Positions 12,960 through 25,864 are shown, numbered from the whole stretch's first letter. The stretch: 63,967 nt of DNA, filler included, from Octopus bimaculoides (GCF_001194135.2; 8 parts of 7 records of this genome joined end to end with filler, not necessarily neighbours in it), one strand, 5' to 3'. The notes: generated by a model from the sequence alone, not told the origin. Translations and numbers: made by a program.

Positions 12960-14345
12960 ATTATGTATGTATGTATATTTGTATGTACATATTTATGTAT
13001 GTGTGCGGATTCGCATGTTTTGTTTTATGTATGTATTCTCATGCATATATTTGCATATGTTCATATTTATTTAAATGATAAACTTCTAGAAAGGTTTACA
13101 GATTTCTCCAGTTTGGATTGGATTGGATTGGATTGGATTAGATCTGTATTCTTCGAATTAGCTTTCTCTTTTCTTGTTTTTCTAATTTCTCAAGATTATT
13201 ATTTAGACAGTGTATTACATATCCCAGGGCCCCAATAATTACAGGTATAAACCTGAACTTGTAATCTGGATAGAGTAACTGCAGATTTCTCAATAGTTCA
13301 GCATATGTGTTCTCTTTTTCACTGATCTTCAACTTTATGTTAACATCCGCTGGGCAGCTAATTTCCACAACCGTACACAGTTTCTCTTCTCTATCCCAAA
13401 TCATTATATCAGTTCTCTTGTGCTTACATTTTATTGAGGTTTTCACTAGGACATTCCACCAGTACTCTTTTTTATCATGATTGGCTATGGATTCTACCAT
13501 ACTGTGGGTTCTTATTTCTTTGTCCTCGGGGTTATCCTTCTGACGGATTTCATTATAGAGTGTCCTAGTTACAACATTATGATGTGGGTGATTTCTTCGG
13601 TGTTAACTCCACAAAGTCTGCAACGGTTGTCATATGTTACTGCTTTTCCTGCATCTCTATCTTCTTTGTGCATCAGGTATTCATTTAAAATTTCCTGTTC
13701 CTGGATTACANNNNNNNNNNGGTATTCATTTAAAATTTCCTGTTCCTGGATTACAAACGCATACCCCTCAAAGTGAGGGGTTGTAATCGGCTAGACTGCT
13801 TTGATGATCAACATTACTATCATCTCAGAGATTTATACTAACATATCCATGCATAGTCTTCTGTTCACATATGCTCGTCGTTTCACCTGATAATATGTTG
13901 CATGTATTTAAGGTTACCAGACAATGAATGTTACTCAAGGAGCTGCCTTCTAAAGTCTTATCATGTTATCAGCCTTATGTATGCAAACTTGGTCAAGGGA
14001 TGCACTTCGACACTTGATGGTTGAAAGACGTTGCCGAAGAGATGATACGACATTCAAAGGCATTTTGTATCGATATTAAGCCTCTGCCTCCTTGTTTTCA
14101 TTTTAAGTAGGGATGGTCTACGTCACAGTCTATGTGGAAATTATGTGTACTTGTTAGTATCTTTCGGGTTTTCACATCTATGGTTCGGATCTCATCAAGC
14201 ATCCAATCAAGCAGCCAGATGTTGGTATGAGTACTGACACTGCAAATACATTGGGGGTCACAGTTTTATTGAAATCAGAGAGTTCTGAGGTCCAAATTTT
14301 CTTTATTTAGCTGTAATAGTTTTTGGTGACCCGTGTTTTGTTACA
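12960..14345 (-). mobile_element. R4/Dong-type (RLE) non-LTR retrotransposon 3' fragment
   Basis: CRLCGVNTEEITHI zinc motif (~13590-13625), then EYWWN...RTDIMIWD...VVEISCP...IPVIIGALG, the restriction-like endonuclease domain (13138-13500). Confidence 0.8.
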
Positions 14346-15437
14346 GGTGCCACTATGTGTATGTATGTATGTATGTATGTATGTATGTATGTATGTATGT
14401 ATGTACGCATGTATGTATGCATGTGTGTATGTATGTATGCATGTACGTATGTTTGTAAAGATATATATATGTATGTATGTATGTATTCATGCATCTACAT
14501 ATGTATTATTCATGCATCTACGTATGTATGCATGTATGTATGCATGTATGTATGTATGTATATAGGTATGTATGTATGTAACTATGTATGGATGCATGCA
14601 TGTACGTATGCGTGCATGTATGTATGTATGCATGCATGTATGTTTGCNNNNNNNNNNNNNNNNNNNNNNNNNNNNNNNNNNNNNNNNNNNNNNNNNNNNN
14701 NNNNNNNNNNNNNNNNNNNNNNNNNNNNNNNNNNNNNNNNNNNNNNNNNNNNNNNNNNNNNNNNNNNNNNNNNNNNNNNNNNNNNNNNNNNNNNNNNNNN
14801 NNNNNNNNNNNNNNNNNNNNNNNNNNNNNNNNNNNNNNNNNNNNNNNNNNNNNNNNNNNNNNNNNNNNNNNNNNNNNNNNNNNNNNNNNNNNNNNNNNNN
14901 NNNNNNNNNNNNNNNNNNNNNNNNNNNNNNNNNNNNNNNNNNNNNNNNNNNNNNNNNNNNNNNNNNNNNNNNNNNNNNNNNNNNNNNNNNNNNNNNNNNN
15001 NNNNNNNNNNNNNNNNNNNNNNNNNNNNNNNNNNNNNNNNNNNNNNNNNNNNNNNNNNNNNNNNNNNNNNNNNNNNNNNNNNNNNNNNNNNNNNNNNNNN
15101 NNNNNNNNNNNNNNNNNNNNNNNNNNNNNNNNNNNNNNNNNNNNNNNNNNNNNNNNNNNNNNNNNNNNNNNNNNNNNNNNNNNNNNNNNNNNNNNNNNNN
15201 NNNNNNNNNNNNNNNNNNNNNNNNNNNNNNNNNNNNNNNNNNNNNNNNNNNNNNNNNNNNNNNNNNNNNNNNNNNNNNNNNNNNNNNNNNNNNNNNNNNN
15301 NNNNNNNNNNNNNNNNNNNNNNNNNNNNNNNNNNNNNNNNNNNNNNNNNNNNNNNNNNNNNNNNNNNNNNNNNNNNNNNNNNNNNNNNNNNNNNNNNNNN
15401 NNNNNNNNNNNNNNNNNNNNNNNNNNNNNNNNNNNNN

Positions 15438-15501
<64 letters not shown>

Positions 15502-16084
15502 AAGGGAGAGAGTGGGGAGAGAGGGAGGGAGAGAGATAGAGAGAAGGAAAGATGTTGATCAGTAATATCTAAAAAAAATAACAGATTGGCGGAAACGTGA
15601 ACCGGCAGATCTTATGGAAAGCGAAAAGGTTATCATCTCATGATATTTCAATAATTTCACAGAGTACCACAATGGAAGAAAGTGGGAGAGATGGAAAGAG
15701 TGAGAGAGAAGGAGGGTGACAGAGCGAGGTGGCGAGGGAGAGAGGAGGAGGAGGAGGAGGGTGACAGGGGGAGATGGTGAGGGAGAGAGAGGGGCAGGGA
15801 AAGAGATGGGGAAAACTAAATAGACTTTAAAACAAAAAACAAAAACCACAACATCAGTGGCATTAATAATTATTCATTTTATTTCTTTATTGGTCACAAG
15901 AGACTAAGATGTTGGGGACGATACAAGAAACGAGATACAAAGCTGTGGGGTGTGGTTTACATTGAGTAGGAAAGGACAGTGACAACTGTTGTGATTATTA
16001 TTATCATTATTGGTATTATTGTTGTTGTTCATGTTGTTGTTGTTGTTATTATAATTACTATTATTATTATCATCATCATCTGTC

Positions 16085-16540
16085 AGTCCTATTTCCATTT
16101 CTTGTCGAGTGTCTTCCTGACACCTGGGGCAGAGAAACTCACTGTATATATTGGTAGGCCATTAAAATAATGACACCAGATAGTTCATTTACAAAGATAT
16201 GTGATAGAGAAAAACGGGAAGAAAGACAAAGAGAAAAAAGAAAAAATAAAGAAATAAAAAATGAAAAAGTGCAACAAATAAAATAAAGGGGAAAAAGGAA
16301 AGAAAATTCACAGCGACAATGCTTTATACTTAGTACCTGTGACGTACCAGTTGAGACAATCTTTTGCACTTTCTGCATGGATGGTAAACCAGGAATCATC
16401 CTCAAATAATTTTCAGTTCCTTTGTTGACCATTCCAAGTGCTCCTACTATCACTGGTATTGTAATCGTCTTGAGATGCCACATCTTTTCGATTTCAATCA
16501 GCAAATCTTTGTATTTTCTGAGCTTACCAAATTCTGCATA
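16085..16540 (-). mobile_element. Second RLE non-LTR retrotransposon family, 3' end
   Basis: KLRKYKDLLIEIEKMWHLKTITIPVIVGALG...VQKIVSTGTSQVL is the typical R4/Dong C-terminus. The 3' end abuts (GAT/AAT/AAC)n repeats. Confidence 0.8.
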
Positions 16541-17075
16541 GAAAACAACTTGATTTATGTTGGTTGTACAACAGAACAATTAAACAAAAGATTTTATGAA
16601 CACAGGTTCGACGTCAGTAGTTCGACAAAACTTGCTGAACATTTCGTTTCAAACGACTGCAATTTTGAATAAGCCTTGAAAGTGTATATTCTCAGAAAAT
16701 ATTCTGTATCTGCTTTACTTTCACTTTTCAAAATGTCCTCCGCCCTGGAAGAATGAATAAAATAACAGGAGAATATCATCAAATTTATACAAAACTGTCT
16801 GATTAAATCTTTTTCTTTTCCTTTTTCTTTCCTCTTCTTTTTCTTTTTTGTCTTTTTTTCCGTTTTTCCTTTCGCCTGTTATATAATTGCAACTTAAAAA
16901 CTGGTGATGTCCTTCCATCACCGTGTGGACGCTGGTTGCTCTCGTTCATACTTTAAATTTAAATTTCTATAACTTTGAATTTTTATCACTTCTTATTTTG
17001 AACTAGACAAAACAGACTTACTGTCGAAATATCGTTCAACCAATAAAATATTTATTGCAATCGAATTGCGCTCTT
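16540..17075 (+). mobile_element. Penelope-like GIY-YIG remnant and 3' terminal region
   Basis: NNLIYVGCTTEQLNKRFYEHRFDV...LAEHF (YVG..R..EH signature), followed by a purine/pyrimidine-biased 3' tail. Confidence 0.7.
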
Positions 17076-17084
17076 CGTCTTGAC

Positions 17085-17132
<48 letters not shown>

Positions 17133-17510
17133 TTTTATTTATTGAAAGGTGGGTGAATGTCGGTTAAATGACCAGTATGAATGGACCAATCTGAGGTTAC
17201 ACCTGTAAAAAAAAAAAGGAATATAAAAGGAGAAGGGGCTCTCTCCCCGTTTGACCAGGATCCCGTGGCTTTTATGGGTTTTTCCACGAGTAACCTTTCA
17301 AAGTGCCTCCCCAAATTGGGAGTTTTGTTATATTTTTCGCTGTTATTTTAATGTTTGCAAGGATTTCGTTCTTTTTCGCAAAACCCTTTGTACTTTTCGT
17401 CCTGTGTTTGTCCTTACATGTTTTTGATTTATATTAGCCGTTGTGGCCAATAAAACCAGAATGAATTATTATTATTAATATTGTTGTTGTTGTTGTTATT
17501 ATCAATTCAA

Positions 17511-17558
<48 letters not shown>

Positions 17559-18342
17559 CAAGGAGGCGAGCTGGCAAAATTGATAGCACACCGGACAAAA
17601 TGCTTAGCGGTAATTCGTCTGCCGCTACGTTCTGAGTTCAAATTCCGCTGAGGTCCGCTTTGCCTTTCATCCTTTCGGGGTCGATAAATTAAACACTAGT
17701 TACATATTGGTGTCGATGTAATCGACCTGTCCCCTTCCGCCAAATTTCAGGCCTTGTGCATATAGTAGAAAGGATTCCACAACCGCTTGACAATCGGAGT
17801 GGGTTTGTTCATGTCACTGCAACGTAGCATTTTAGCAAAAGCGGCCGATAGAATACGTCATTAACTTTAAAATAAGTTCTGGGGTCGATTTGTGTGACTA
17901 AGCCCTTCAAGGCGGTGCTCCAGCATGGCTGCAGTCCAACCACTGGAAACATTAAAAGATGAAGAACATTCCGTAGCAGGTTTCAGTCATCAGATTATGT
18001 CCAAGTTTCGAGAATTAATATCAGTGTACCTTATCAGCGCTAGCAGTAAATAGCGCTTGTATGTAGATATATATACATAAGAGGCTTCTGAAAGGTTTCT
18101 GTCTGACTAATCCTTTTAACACAATATTGATCTGCCCTAAGCTACAACAGAAAACATTGCAACTAAGGTGATTTGTAGCGAAAGTTGTAACCGGAATTGC
18201 ATGGTTGCAAAACGGATTTGCCATCTACGTGACTGCGCCTACGCCTAATTCTATAGAAAGCATCGAAAATGTTAATTTCGGCCAAAGCCAAACACTGTGT
18301 ATATGTTTTCATACGAATGCAAGTAAAAAAGAACATTAAAAA

Positions 18343-18420
<78 letters not shown>

Positions 18421-18425
<5 letters not shown>

Positions 18426-18720
18426 GGGGTTGGACAAAATAATTGCTACACGTGTTAAATGCAACGAATATTCGTTTGGAGTTGGTCCACCTTTAGTTTT
18501 CTGAACAGCTTCGATGAGTCTAGGAATTGATTCATATAGCTTCCTGAATTCATTGAGAGTAATCTTGAGCCATTCTTCCTGCAAAACCTGCTCCAGCTGT
18601 TCCAGAAACGACGGTGGGGCTAATGTCTTCTACCTTGTCGCTCCAAAATGTACCACAGATGCTCTGATCATCAGGGAATAATGTCTGGTCCATGGGAAGG
18701 ACTTGATTTCCGAAAATATT
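18421..18720 (-). mobile_element. Tc1-family transposon 3' end with terminal inverted repeat
   Basis: LQEEWLKITLNEFRKLYESIPRLIEAVQKTKGGPT is a Tc1 C-terminus. Terminus TA-CAGGGGTTGGACAAAATAAT at ~18421-18443. Confidence 0.8.
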
Positions 18721-18768
18721 TAGATAATCATTGCTGTTGATCCCACAGAATTATATACAGACACGAAT

Positions 18769-18804
<36 letters not shown>

Positions 18805-19232
18805 GTATGAATATACATATGTATTCTTTCAGAGCCAGTGTAATCATCTTTTCAATGGTCATTCGTATGTGGCTGGCTTTTGATGAAGGATAGAGTTCGA
18901 TATCGCTACCTTCTTTTGATTTTTTTTCTTTAATGTACGTTCATTTGAGACTTTCGGAGGAGGAGGTTAAATTGTTTTTTTAAAACAACTACTCCTCCCT
19001 CATGAAGATCGGTCAAATGTTTTCACAAGGAATTAGATAGTTACGGGCCCACAAATCCCAAGTTGCTGCAGTACATGGTCCTCGAACAAGACGGGGTATA
19101 TATNNNNNNNNNNNNNNNNNNNNNNNNNNNNNNNNNNNNNNNNNNNNTTAATTAATTAANNNNNNNNNNNNNNNNNNNNNNNNNNNNNNNNNNNNNNNNN
19201 NNNGTCTCATAATTATATGTTAATTTTTGGTG

Positions 19233-19305
19233 CTCCTGCTGATGAGAACTTCGCCTAACAAATCGTTTTATTTGTTAATCAAAATTCGAAACCTAGGTCC
19301 GGGAG
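19233..19305 (+). ncRNA. Type I hammerhead ribozyme, canonical core
   Basis: Stem I CTCCTG/CGGGAG; CTGATGA at 19239-19245; long stem II (GAA...TAACAAAT-cgtttt-ATTTGTTA...TTC); GAAA at 19288-19291; palindromic stem III ACCTAGGT; GUC cleavage triplet ending at 19299. Confidence 0.8.
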
Positions 19306-19889
19306 GTAAATATTGTAAATGTTTTTTTTATTTTTCGTTCCCTTCGAAATTGCTCTTAACCCTGGTTTGGACTTTGACTGTTCCTTCTAGCATGTAAGGT
19401 GTCCTGTTAGGGTCACCTCTTTTGTGTTTAAACGTACTCTAATTTTATATGAAAAATATGTTGTCTATTCTCTATTTTATACATGCTAGCCACTGGTAGA
19501 AAAATTTCTATAATTTTCCTACTCTGTATATTTTATGTCTGTATATATATATATATATATATAGATATAAATATAGATATACATGAGTGTGTGTATGTAT
19601 CTGTTCGCAAATTTCGCCTGCTACGATCTACATGTGTGTTTTTTGTGTACCAAATACCAAAATGAGAGGATATCTCAAGGTTAATGACGCAATATTCAGT
19701 GTTGCAACAAGGCATCCATGTTAAGTTGGATATGAAAACTACCTTATACATACGCAGTGATGTCGAAAGGCTCCCGGACCAGTTATGTTTAATAAGACAT
19801 AACTTATTTACCTGAGTTTTAACATCATCTCCTTTGTAGCAGTTCACCGGTCCCAGAGTTCCTACCACTTTTGGATCCAGTTCAGATAT

Positions 19890-20230
19890 GTTAAGAAGGG
19901 ATGGCAATAATGTCTTCCTCAACTTTTGGATCCAGCTTCGGAGTCGTTTTCTGTAAGCGAGTCGAGACCTTCTGCGATTCGCTCTGGATTTTGACAACGG
20001 CGTTAAAACAGCGACCTCTGAGCTGCATTTTCGTATTGGGGATGAGATGATAGTCCACAGGTGCTAAATCTGGCGAGTAGGGAGGATGCGGACGTGATAC
20101 CATATTGTTTTGAGCGAGAAACGCATGATTGTGGAGAGCTTGGTGACAGGGTGCACTGTCGTCCTGAAGAATGCAATTTTTCGCGCTCCACAGATCCGGT
20201 CATGTATTCCAACTGACACTCCAAACTTGA
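19890..20230 (-). mobile_element. Mariner transposase remnant
   Basis: ILQDDSAPCH (HDNAPCH-like) and HPPYSPDLAPVDYHL motifs, in different frames. Confidence 0.85.
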
Positions 20231-20682
20231 ACTCTACTCTTCAGTAACAAATAACGGCTACGGTTACGGCGTCCACGCTATCCAATGTGCTTGCTCTCCC
20301 TGTGGGACATTTGTCAAATTTACAAGCTGGATTTTTAGGCTGCAGGTAGAAGCATTATTTTAACCGCTGAAATATTAGGACCGATCGTCGGATGTTGTTA
20401 GCATCCGTTAGAGACATGGTGAACTTATTGCTCAGAGCCGGCTCAACCCATCCCGAGTAATTCCGCTGCATGTACAAGTATCTAACAGACTTAATTTTCC
20501 AGTGAAAGGGGATTAGCATTGTGTTGTACCTCTTATCTGATCATTCGCCTGGTTTAGCTTTTGTCTCAGTGGGAACCCGTCGTTGAAATCTGTTAGGAAA
20601 GTCAAAGAAAAGCAAGAAAAAAAGGGACAAAGGTTACAGTCACATTATTTATCTCTTGATAAATTAAATTCTCTCTTCCTCT

Positions 20683-21135
20683 TTGCTTCGTTTTGAGACA
20701 CATTCTGAAAGATCAAAGGCAAAATACTGCTGTTCAATAATAATTGATACGACCCCTGATTCCACATATATGTCGAACGGACAACATTTATCAAGTGATG
20801 CCTTCAAAATTATAGATTGTGAATTTAAAATTCAAAAAGAATTCTGTCTTTTGAAAACAGTTTTCGTAAAAACAAGCTGTGAGATTGCAAGCCTGATAAA
20901 AGAAACATTGAGTAAAAATATCTTTGAATCGAAGATTTTAGGGGTCAAGGATACGACGATGGGGGCCAATATAACAGTCAATTACAAGGGAACACAAAGG
21001 ATATTACTTACTAAAAAGAAAAACTCCCTACGTGGATGTTATTTATTGAATTTATGGTACAGATTCAGCAAAGACATTTTTGAGGAAATTATTGAAAACG
21101 CCTTGGCTAACTTTTCCTACAAATCAAAAAGATGA
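20683..21135 (+). mobile_element. hAT-superfamily transposase remnant
   Basis: AKY..SIIIDTTPD, DTTMGANITVNYKGTQ (YDNGANM.G.YKG.Q-like) and C..LNL correspond to the hAT DDE core. Confidence 0.75.
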
Positions 21136-21142
21136 CAAATTC

Positions 21143-21145
21143 ATT

Positions 21146-21209
<64 letters not shown>

Positions 21210-21249
21210 TTTTCCTTTCTTCCTTCCTTTCTTTCTTTCTTTCTTTTTT

Positions 21250-21328
<79 letters not shown>

Positions 21329-21342
21329 CTCTCTCTCTCTCT
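21143..21342. repeat. (TTTC)n microsatellite with (TC)n tail
   Basis: Direct inspection. Confidence 0.97.
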
Positions 21343-22133
21343 CAAACACACACAATCAACCAATCAATCATTGCATCGTATGTCAAATATGGCCAGCAGT
21401 CTGAATCGATGGTTTGAAATCATTTGTATCGAATGTCAACTTACGACACCAAAGAAACGAAGTCAAGTTACTGGAACTCATAAAGGTGTTGCCTCTTGTT
21501 TCCGTTGATCGACAATTCTTTCTATTAGCAACTGCGATATGAAATTGCAGACAACAATTGCCACAGTATTGCCATTGTGTTGCCGTCGTGTTGCCAGTGT
21601 ATTGCTACTCAGTACAGTTGCTAGTGTGTGACTGCTGAGTTTCTACTGTGTTGCTATTGTGGATATTGAAGTGGACAGCATTGAAATGCTCATAAAATAT
21701 CTGTAGAAACTACGGGAGAAGCTTCACACTGCTGACAGAAGCAAACCCTACCGCTCGCAGCCTGCATCTTGAAACGAAAATAAAAGAGTTCTGTCATGAG
21801 ACTTAGGATTCATAAGCCCAGAGAATAACCTGGTTTTCGTGGCATATAAGGGATTGAGTTTACGACACTCCTACAATTGAACGGTTTGCCGGTTCGCTGG
21901 TTTGTCGGAGGATTAATTTCATAGCTCTTGCTGGAACTCATTTAATAGCTGAATAGATTGGAGCAATATGAAATGAAGTGTTTTTCTCAAGGACAGTATT
22001 TGAAACCGGCACGAAAATTGAAACCGGTACGGAAATTGAAACCAAGAGTTCACATCTGAGTGCATCACTCTAAAAGAGGAAAAGCTAAAAAAAAATGAAA
22101 ACCGGACAAATAACCCTAATACATATACTCTTT

Positions 22134-22541
22134 ACCCTTTACTCTTTACTTGTTTCAGTCATTTGACTGCGGCCATGCTGGAGCACCGCCTTTAGTCGAG
22201 CAAATCGACCCCAGGACTTATTCTTTGTAAGCCTAGTACTTATTCTATCGGTCTTTTTTGCTGAACCGCTATGTTACGGGGACGTAAACACACCAGCATC
22301 GGTTGTCAAGCGATGGGGGGGGGGGACAAACACAGACACACAAACACACAGACAGACACATATATACATATACATATATACAACAGGCTTCTTTCAGTTT
22401 CCGTCTCCCAAATCCACTCACAAGGCTTTGGTCAGCCCGAGGCTATAGTAGAAGACACTTGCCTAAGGTTCCACGCAGTGGGACTGAACCCTGAACCATG
22501 TGGTTTGGTAAACGAGCTACTTACCACACAGCCACTCCTGC
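22134..22541 (-). mobile_element. tRNA-derived SINE family A, near full length with internal microsatellite. Other copies or parts at ~2148-2306, 9389-9470, 10116-10275, 28040-28505, 32760-32960, 35215-35585, 37075-37240, 37850-38050, 42312-42545, 50402-50965, 53703-53930 and 54640-54830
   Basis: Recurrent head GGAGTGGCTGTGTGGTAAG..GGTTCAGTCCCAC (A/B-box-like), CORE-like CCTTGGGCAAGTGTCTT, and shared tail GGCGGTGCTCCAGCATGGCCGCAGTCAAATGACTGAAAC. Confidence 0.85.
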
Positions 22542-22645
22542 AAAAGCTTTATTTTGGACATTTGTGGTTTTCTGAAATCCTTGGTGATTTCGTCATATTT
22601 TTGATCCGACGATAATTTCAGGTTTATAAAATTTATAATTTAAGC

Positions 22646-22938
22646 ATTTATTGTAAGTAAAATAAAAATAATAAATGCGCCCTTATAAAGCCTAGCCAGG
22701 CTCATGGGCCTGGTTTCCCGGTTTCAATGGCGTATGTGTTCTCCAGCTGGACGGGACGTCAGTCCATCGCAGCGTTACTCATTTTTGCCAGCTGAGTGGC
22801 CTGAAGCAACGTGAAATGAAGTGTTTTGCTCAAGAACACAACGTGTCACCCGGTCCAGGATTCGAAACCACAATCTTACGATCATGATGCTGACACCTTA
22901 ACCACTAAGCCACGCGCCTCCACATTTATTGTAAGTAA
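22646..22938 (-). mobile_element. tRNA-derived SINE with 15-bp target-site duplication
   Basis: Head GTGGAGGCGCGTGGCTTAGTGG...GGTTTCGAATCC. ATTTATTGTAAGTAA occurs at 22646-22660 and 22924-22938. Confidence 0.85.
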
Positions 22939-24154
22939 TAAGTCTAATATTCATAGACAAATATAAGTGTTATATATCATAATTAATTATCTAGTCACAG
23001 TATTGATATGCTTTTAAGAAAATTTTAAAATAAGTACTATACGAGTAATAAGGTTTAAAGAAAGTCTAAATAAAGGGGGTTACTTACGTTATAAACTTAT
23101 ATATAATCAGACATAGAGCCATTAGTATATATGAAAAGTGTTTTTGATAGTGTATGTCGAAAAAGTTGTTTGAAACTGCAAATAATATTTTTGGTACCTT
23201 TTCATTCCTTTATCAATATTTACCTACAAAGGAAAATCAATTGATCACAAAAGTATCACTTGCAGAATTTTAAATGGCAAAGAGCTTCAATAACAGTGCT
23301 TTATTGGTCACTAGTAAGCACGGTTTCCATAGGCGGTGCCAGGGTAGGATATGAAAATGGCTGAAGATAACAACATAGGGTACTGGGTGACATTTTTTTT
23401 GTTTTGTTTATTTTATTTGTTGAATCTGAAGAAAAGGAAAGTGACAGTGCCATTTACCTGGCTCTCCTTGACTGTTGGCTCTGATGCGATTCTTGTTAAT
23501 TTTACACTGTGGTAAAGTTATGAGCAGGCAGGGAATTCTGGGAATGAAGGGCTGCGAAAAGTAATCAGTGTGGGGCCTATGGTTGGACAGGGAAGGCAAG
23601 TGGCCAAGTGACTTGGGTATTGCACTCATTAATGCAACAGAGTGGTTTCGATTCCTAGTCTGGATGCTGCGTTGTGTTCTTGAGCAAAACACTTCATTTC
23701 ACGGTGCTCTCGTCCGCTCACCTAAAAATGGTAAGCCTGCAACGGACTGGCATCACGTTCAGTGGGAATGGTGTTACTGCATCAGGGCATTTATTATTAT
23801 CATTATTATTATTATTTGGATGGTTGGATTCATCAAATGACCCTTGAAGATTTCGTGCTTCAAGATGAAGGTATCATCATCATCGTTTAGTTTAGTCTGT
23901 CGCATATTTCATATATTTGCTTTCATTATTTCTTGTTATGCCTTATGCCATGTACTCTTTTTTCCTCAATAATTCCGTTCTATTTAAATCCCTGCAGTCG
24001 ATGTCCGCTTTTGTATCATCCTCCTCACGCGTCGCCCTTGAGGCAAATAAAATAAATCGTTGTTGTTGTTGTAGTTGTTAAAGTGGTGGAAGTCAATCTT
24101 ACAGGCAAACATCACACGAATTGAAGCTCACTTCAAAACAGATTTCTTTTTGCA

Positions 24155-24952
24155 TACCGTATATGCCAGCGTATAATACGACTGGGCGTAGAAACGACCC
24201 CCAGGATTTCCATCCAAAAGGTGAGTTTTGAGCTACACTTGCTGTATAAAACTATCCCAAGTTTTCGTGGAAAATAGCTTGAGCGCTGAAGGCGCGAGGT
24301 TCATAGCTTAAGGGGTCGAGTGAGCTGTAGCTTCACTAGCGTCCCCCGAAACCTCTGCCTTTCTTGTACTTCAATAGCATTTTAACTATGCTTCAATTAG
24401 TAAATTTTGTATGCAACAATTCTGCAGTCTTGGTTGTTTAAAATTTATCCAGTTCTTTTCAAAAAGTGGCCAAATTTTGTAAATTACCAACTATAATACA
24501 CATCAAATGTACCTGGCTGGTGCAAATACCACCGTAGTGACGTCACTTAGGCGTCGGTTATTTCACAGGAATATGGTGTCAAGTGTACCATAATAACACC
24601 ATTGACTTGTATGAGAGAGCGCTCTAACGGGGCAGTGTAAACAGAACAGACCCGGCTGTTGCAAATGGCGACTGGTGTCTGTCCGCTAAGTTTGCTGTGT
24701 TGTTATTTTAATATAATCTTACTATTTATCCAGCTTCCCGAACGGACGTGCAAGTATCAGAAGAAAATACTGCACTGTAGAACAATAGAACTTATGCGAG
24801 TGTTTTACGCTCTTCTCCATTGACATTGATGCTACTCTAAATCGCTGGAAGTTAAGGTTCAGATTTTATATGGGGTATATAAGACGAGCCCTAATTTGGG
24901 GGTGATGTCTTCGAAAGTTCAAATTCCGTACTGTACACCGATGTATTCGGTA
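24155..24952. mobile_element. Probable pogo/Tigger-like non-autonomous DNA transposon
   Basis: Degenerate inverted termini TACCGTATATGCCAGCGTATAATACG and CGTACTGTACACCGATGTATTCGGTA, resembling pogo TACCGTA...GTATAAGACG ends. Confidence 0.5.
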
Positions 24953-25616
24953 TATTTTTTTTACGGTAATTGATGCTTTGAAATATATAGGATAAAAACA
25001 AAACAATATATGAGAAAATACTTTACTCTCATTATGATATAAATAACAATAAAAGAAAACCTTCTGTTTAAGTACTAATTTATATTAGTATTTATTTCAA
25101 ATGTAGATCAAAAATTGAGAAATTACAAATTTCTGAAGAAAAAAATTCAAGGGAAATAACCCTGTACAAAAATACCAAAGTTGTTTCCCTTAGACATTTT
25201 GCTGATACTTTCTTCGGTTGGTGAGAAATTATAGCCTAACAGCTATACAAGTATAACATTTAGCAGTGCGCGCGCGAACGCAAGTTACCTACATAAAGGA
25301 AAATGAATCGAAATGCTTTTTAACTGAAAATCAAATCTAACTGCAAAGCTGATTTGGTAGAAGTCCACGAGATTATTCAACGTTTTTCAAAGACAACCAT
25401 TTTGAATCCAGCACTTACACTACTACTTGTGGACACGCTTACAAAACTTTAAAAAAAGTAAAAAAGAAAAGAATAGAAAAATCACAGCTCTTATGACTTA
25501 CGGAAACATTTGTTCGTGCTCAGAACTGTAAAAGCATGAAATAAACTATTCCAGTCCGAACACGGAGCTTCAAATATTCCATGTCTCATCAACACAACGC
25601 CTGATGTACATATGCT

Positions 25617-25864
25617 CCTTAGGAGTTTACTTATCTCTTTACTGCCCAGAAGGGGCTAAACATAGAGGGGACAATCAAGGGGATTAAGTCGATTACATCG
25701 ACCCCAGTGCGTAACTGGTACTTAATTTATCGACCCCGAAAGGATGAAAGGCAAAGTCGACCTCGGCGGAATTTGAACTCAGAACATAGCGGCAGACGAA
25801 ATACCACTAAGCATTTCGCCCGGCGTGCTAACGTTTCTGCCAGCTCGCCGCCTTAGGAGTTTAC
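25617..25864 (-). mobile_element. SINE family B with target-site duplication. Other copies at ~10845-11010, 12000-12210, 17562-17760, 27600-28005 (head-to-tail pair), 46780-46960, 47085-47290, 48130-48260 and 62222-62440
   Basis: Head GGCGGCGAGCTGGCAGAAACGTTAGC..GAGTTCAAATTCC and conserved central CCTTTCATCCTTTCGGGGTCGATAAATTAAGTACC. CCTTAGGAGTTTAC is duplicated at 25617-25630 and 25851-25864. Confidence 0.85.

Noticed and set aside
13677-13756. Exact ~35-bp direct repeat around a 10-N gap (similar case at ~54900-55010)
   Set aside because: This is an unmerged contig overlap artefact.
16998-17039. Hammerhead-like geometry (TTGAAC/GTTCAA stem, ACAG/CTGT stem, GAAA) at a Penelope end
   Set aside because: The CUGANGA core is unrecognisable. 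It may be a relic but is too decayed to call.
25500-25616. Minus-strand VVLMRHG, resembling a histidine-phosphatase motif, ahead of a GTAAGT donor
   Set aside because: The downstream residues do not fit, the acceptor is poor, and the frame is closed by a stop upstream once the SINE is removed.
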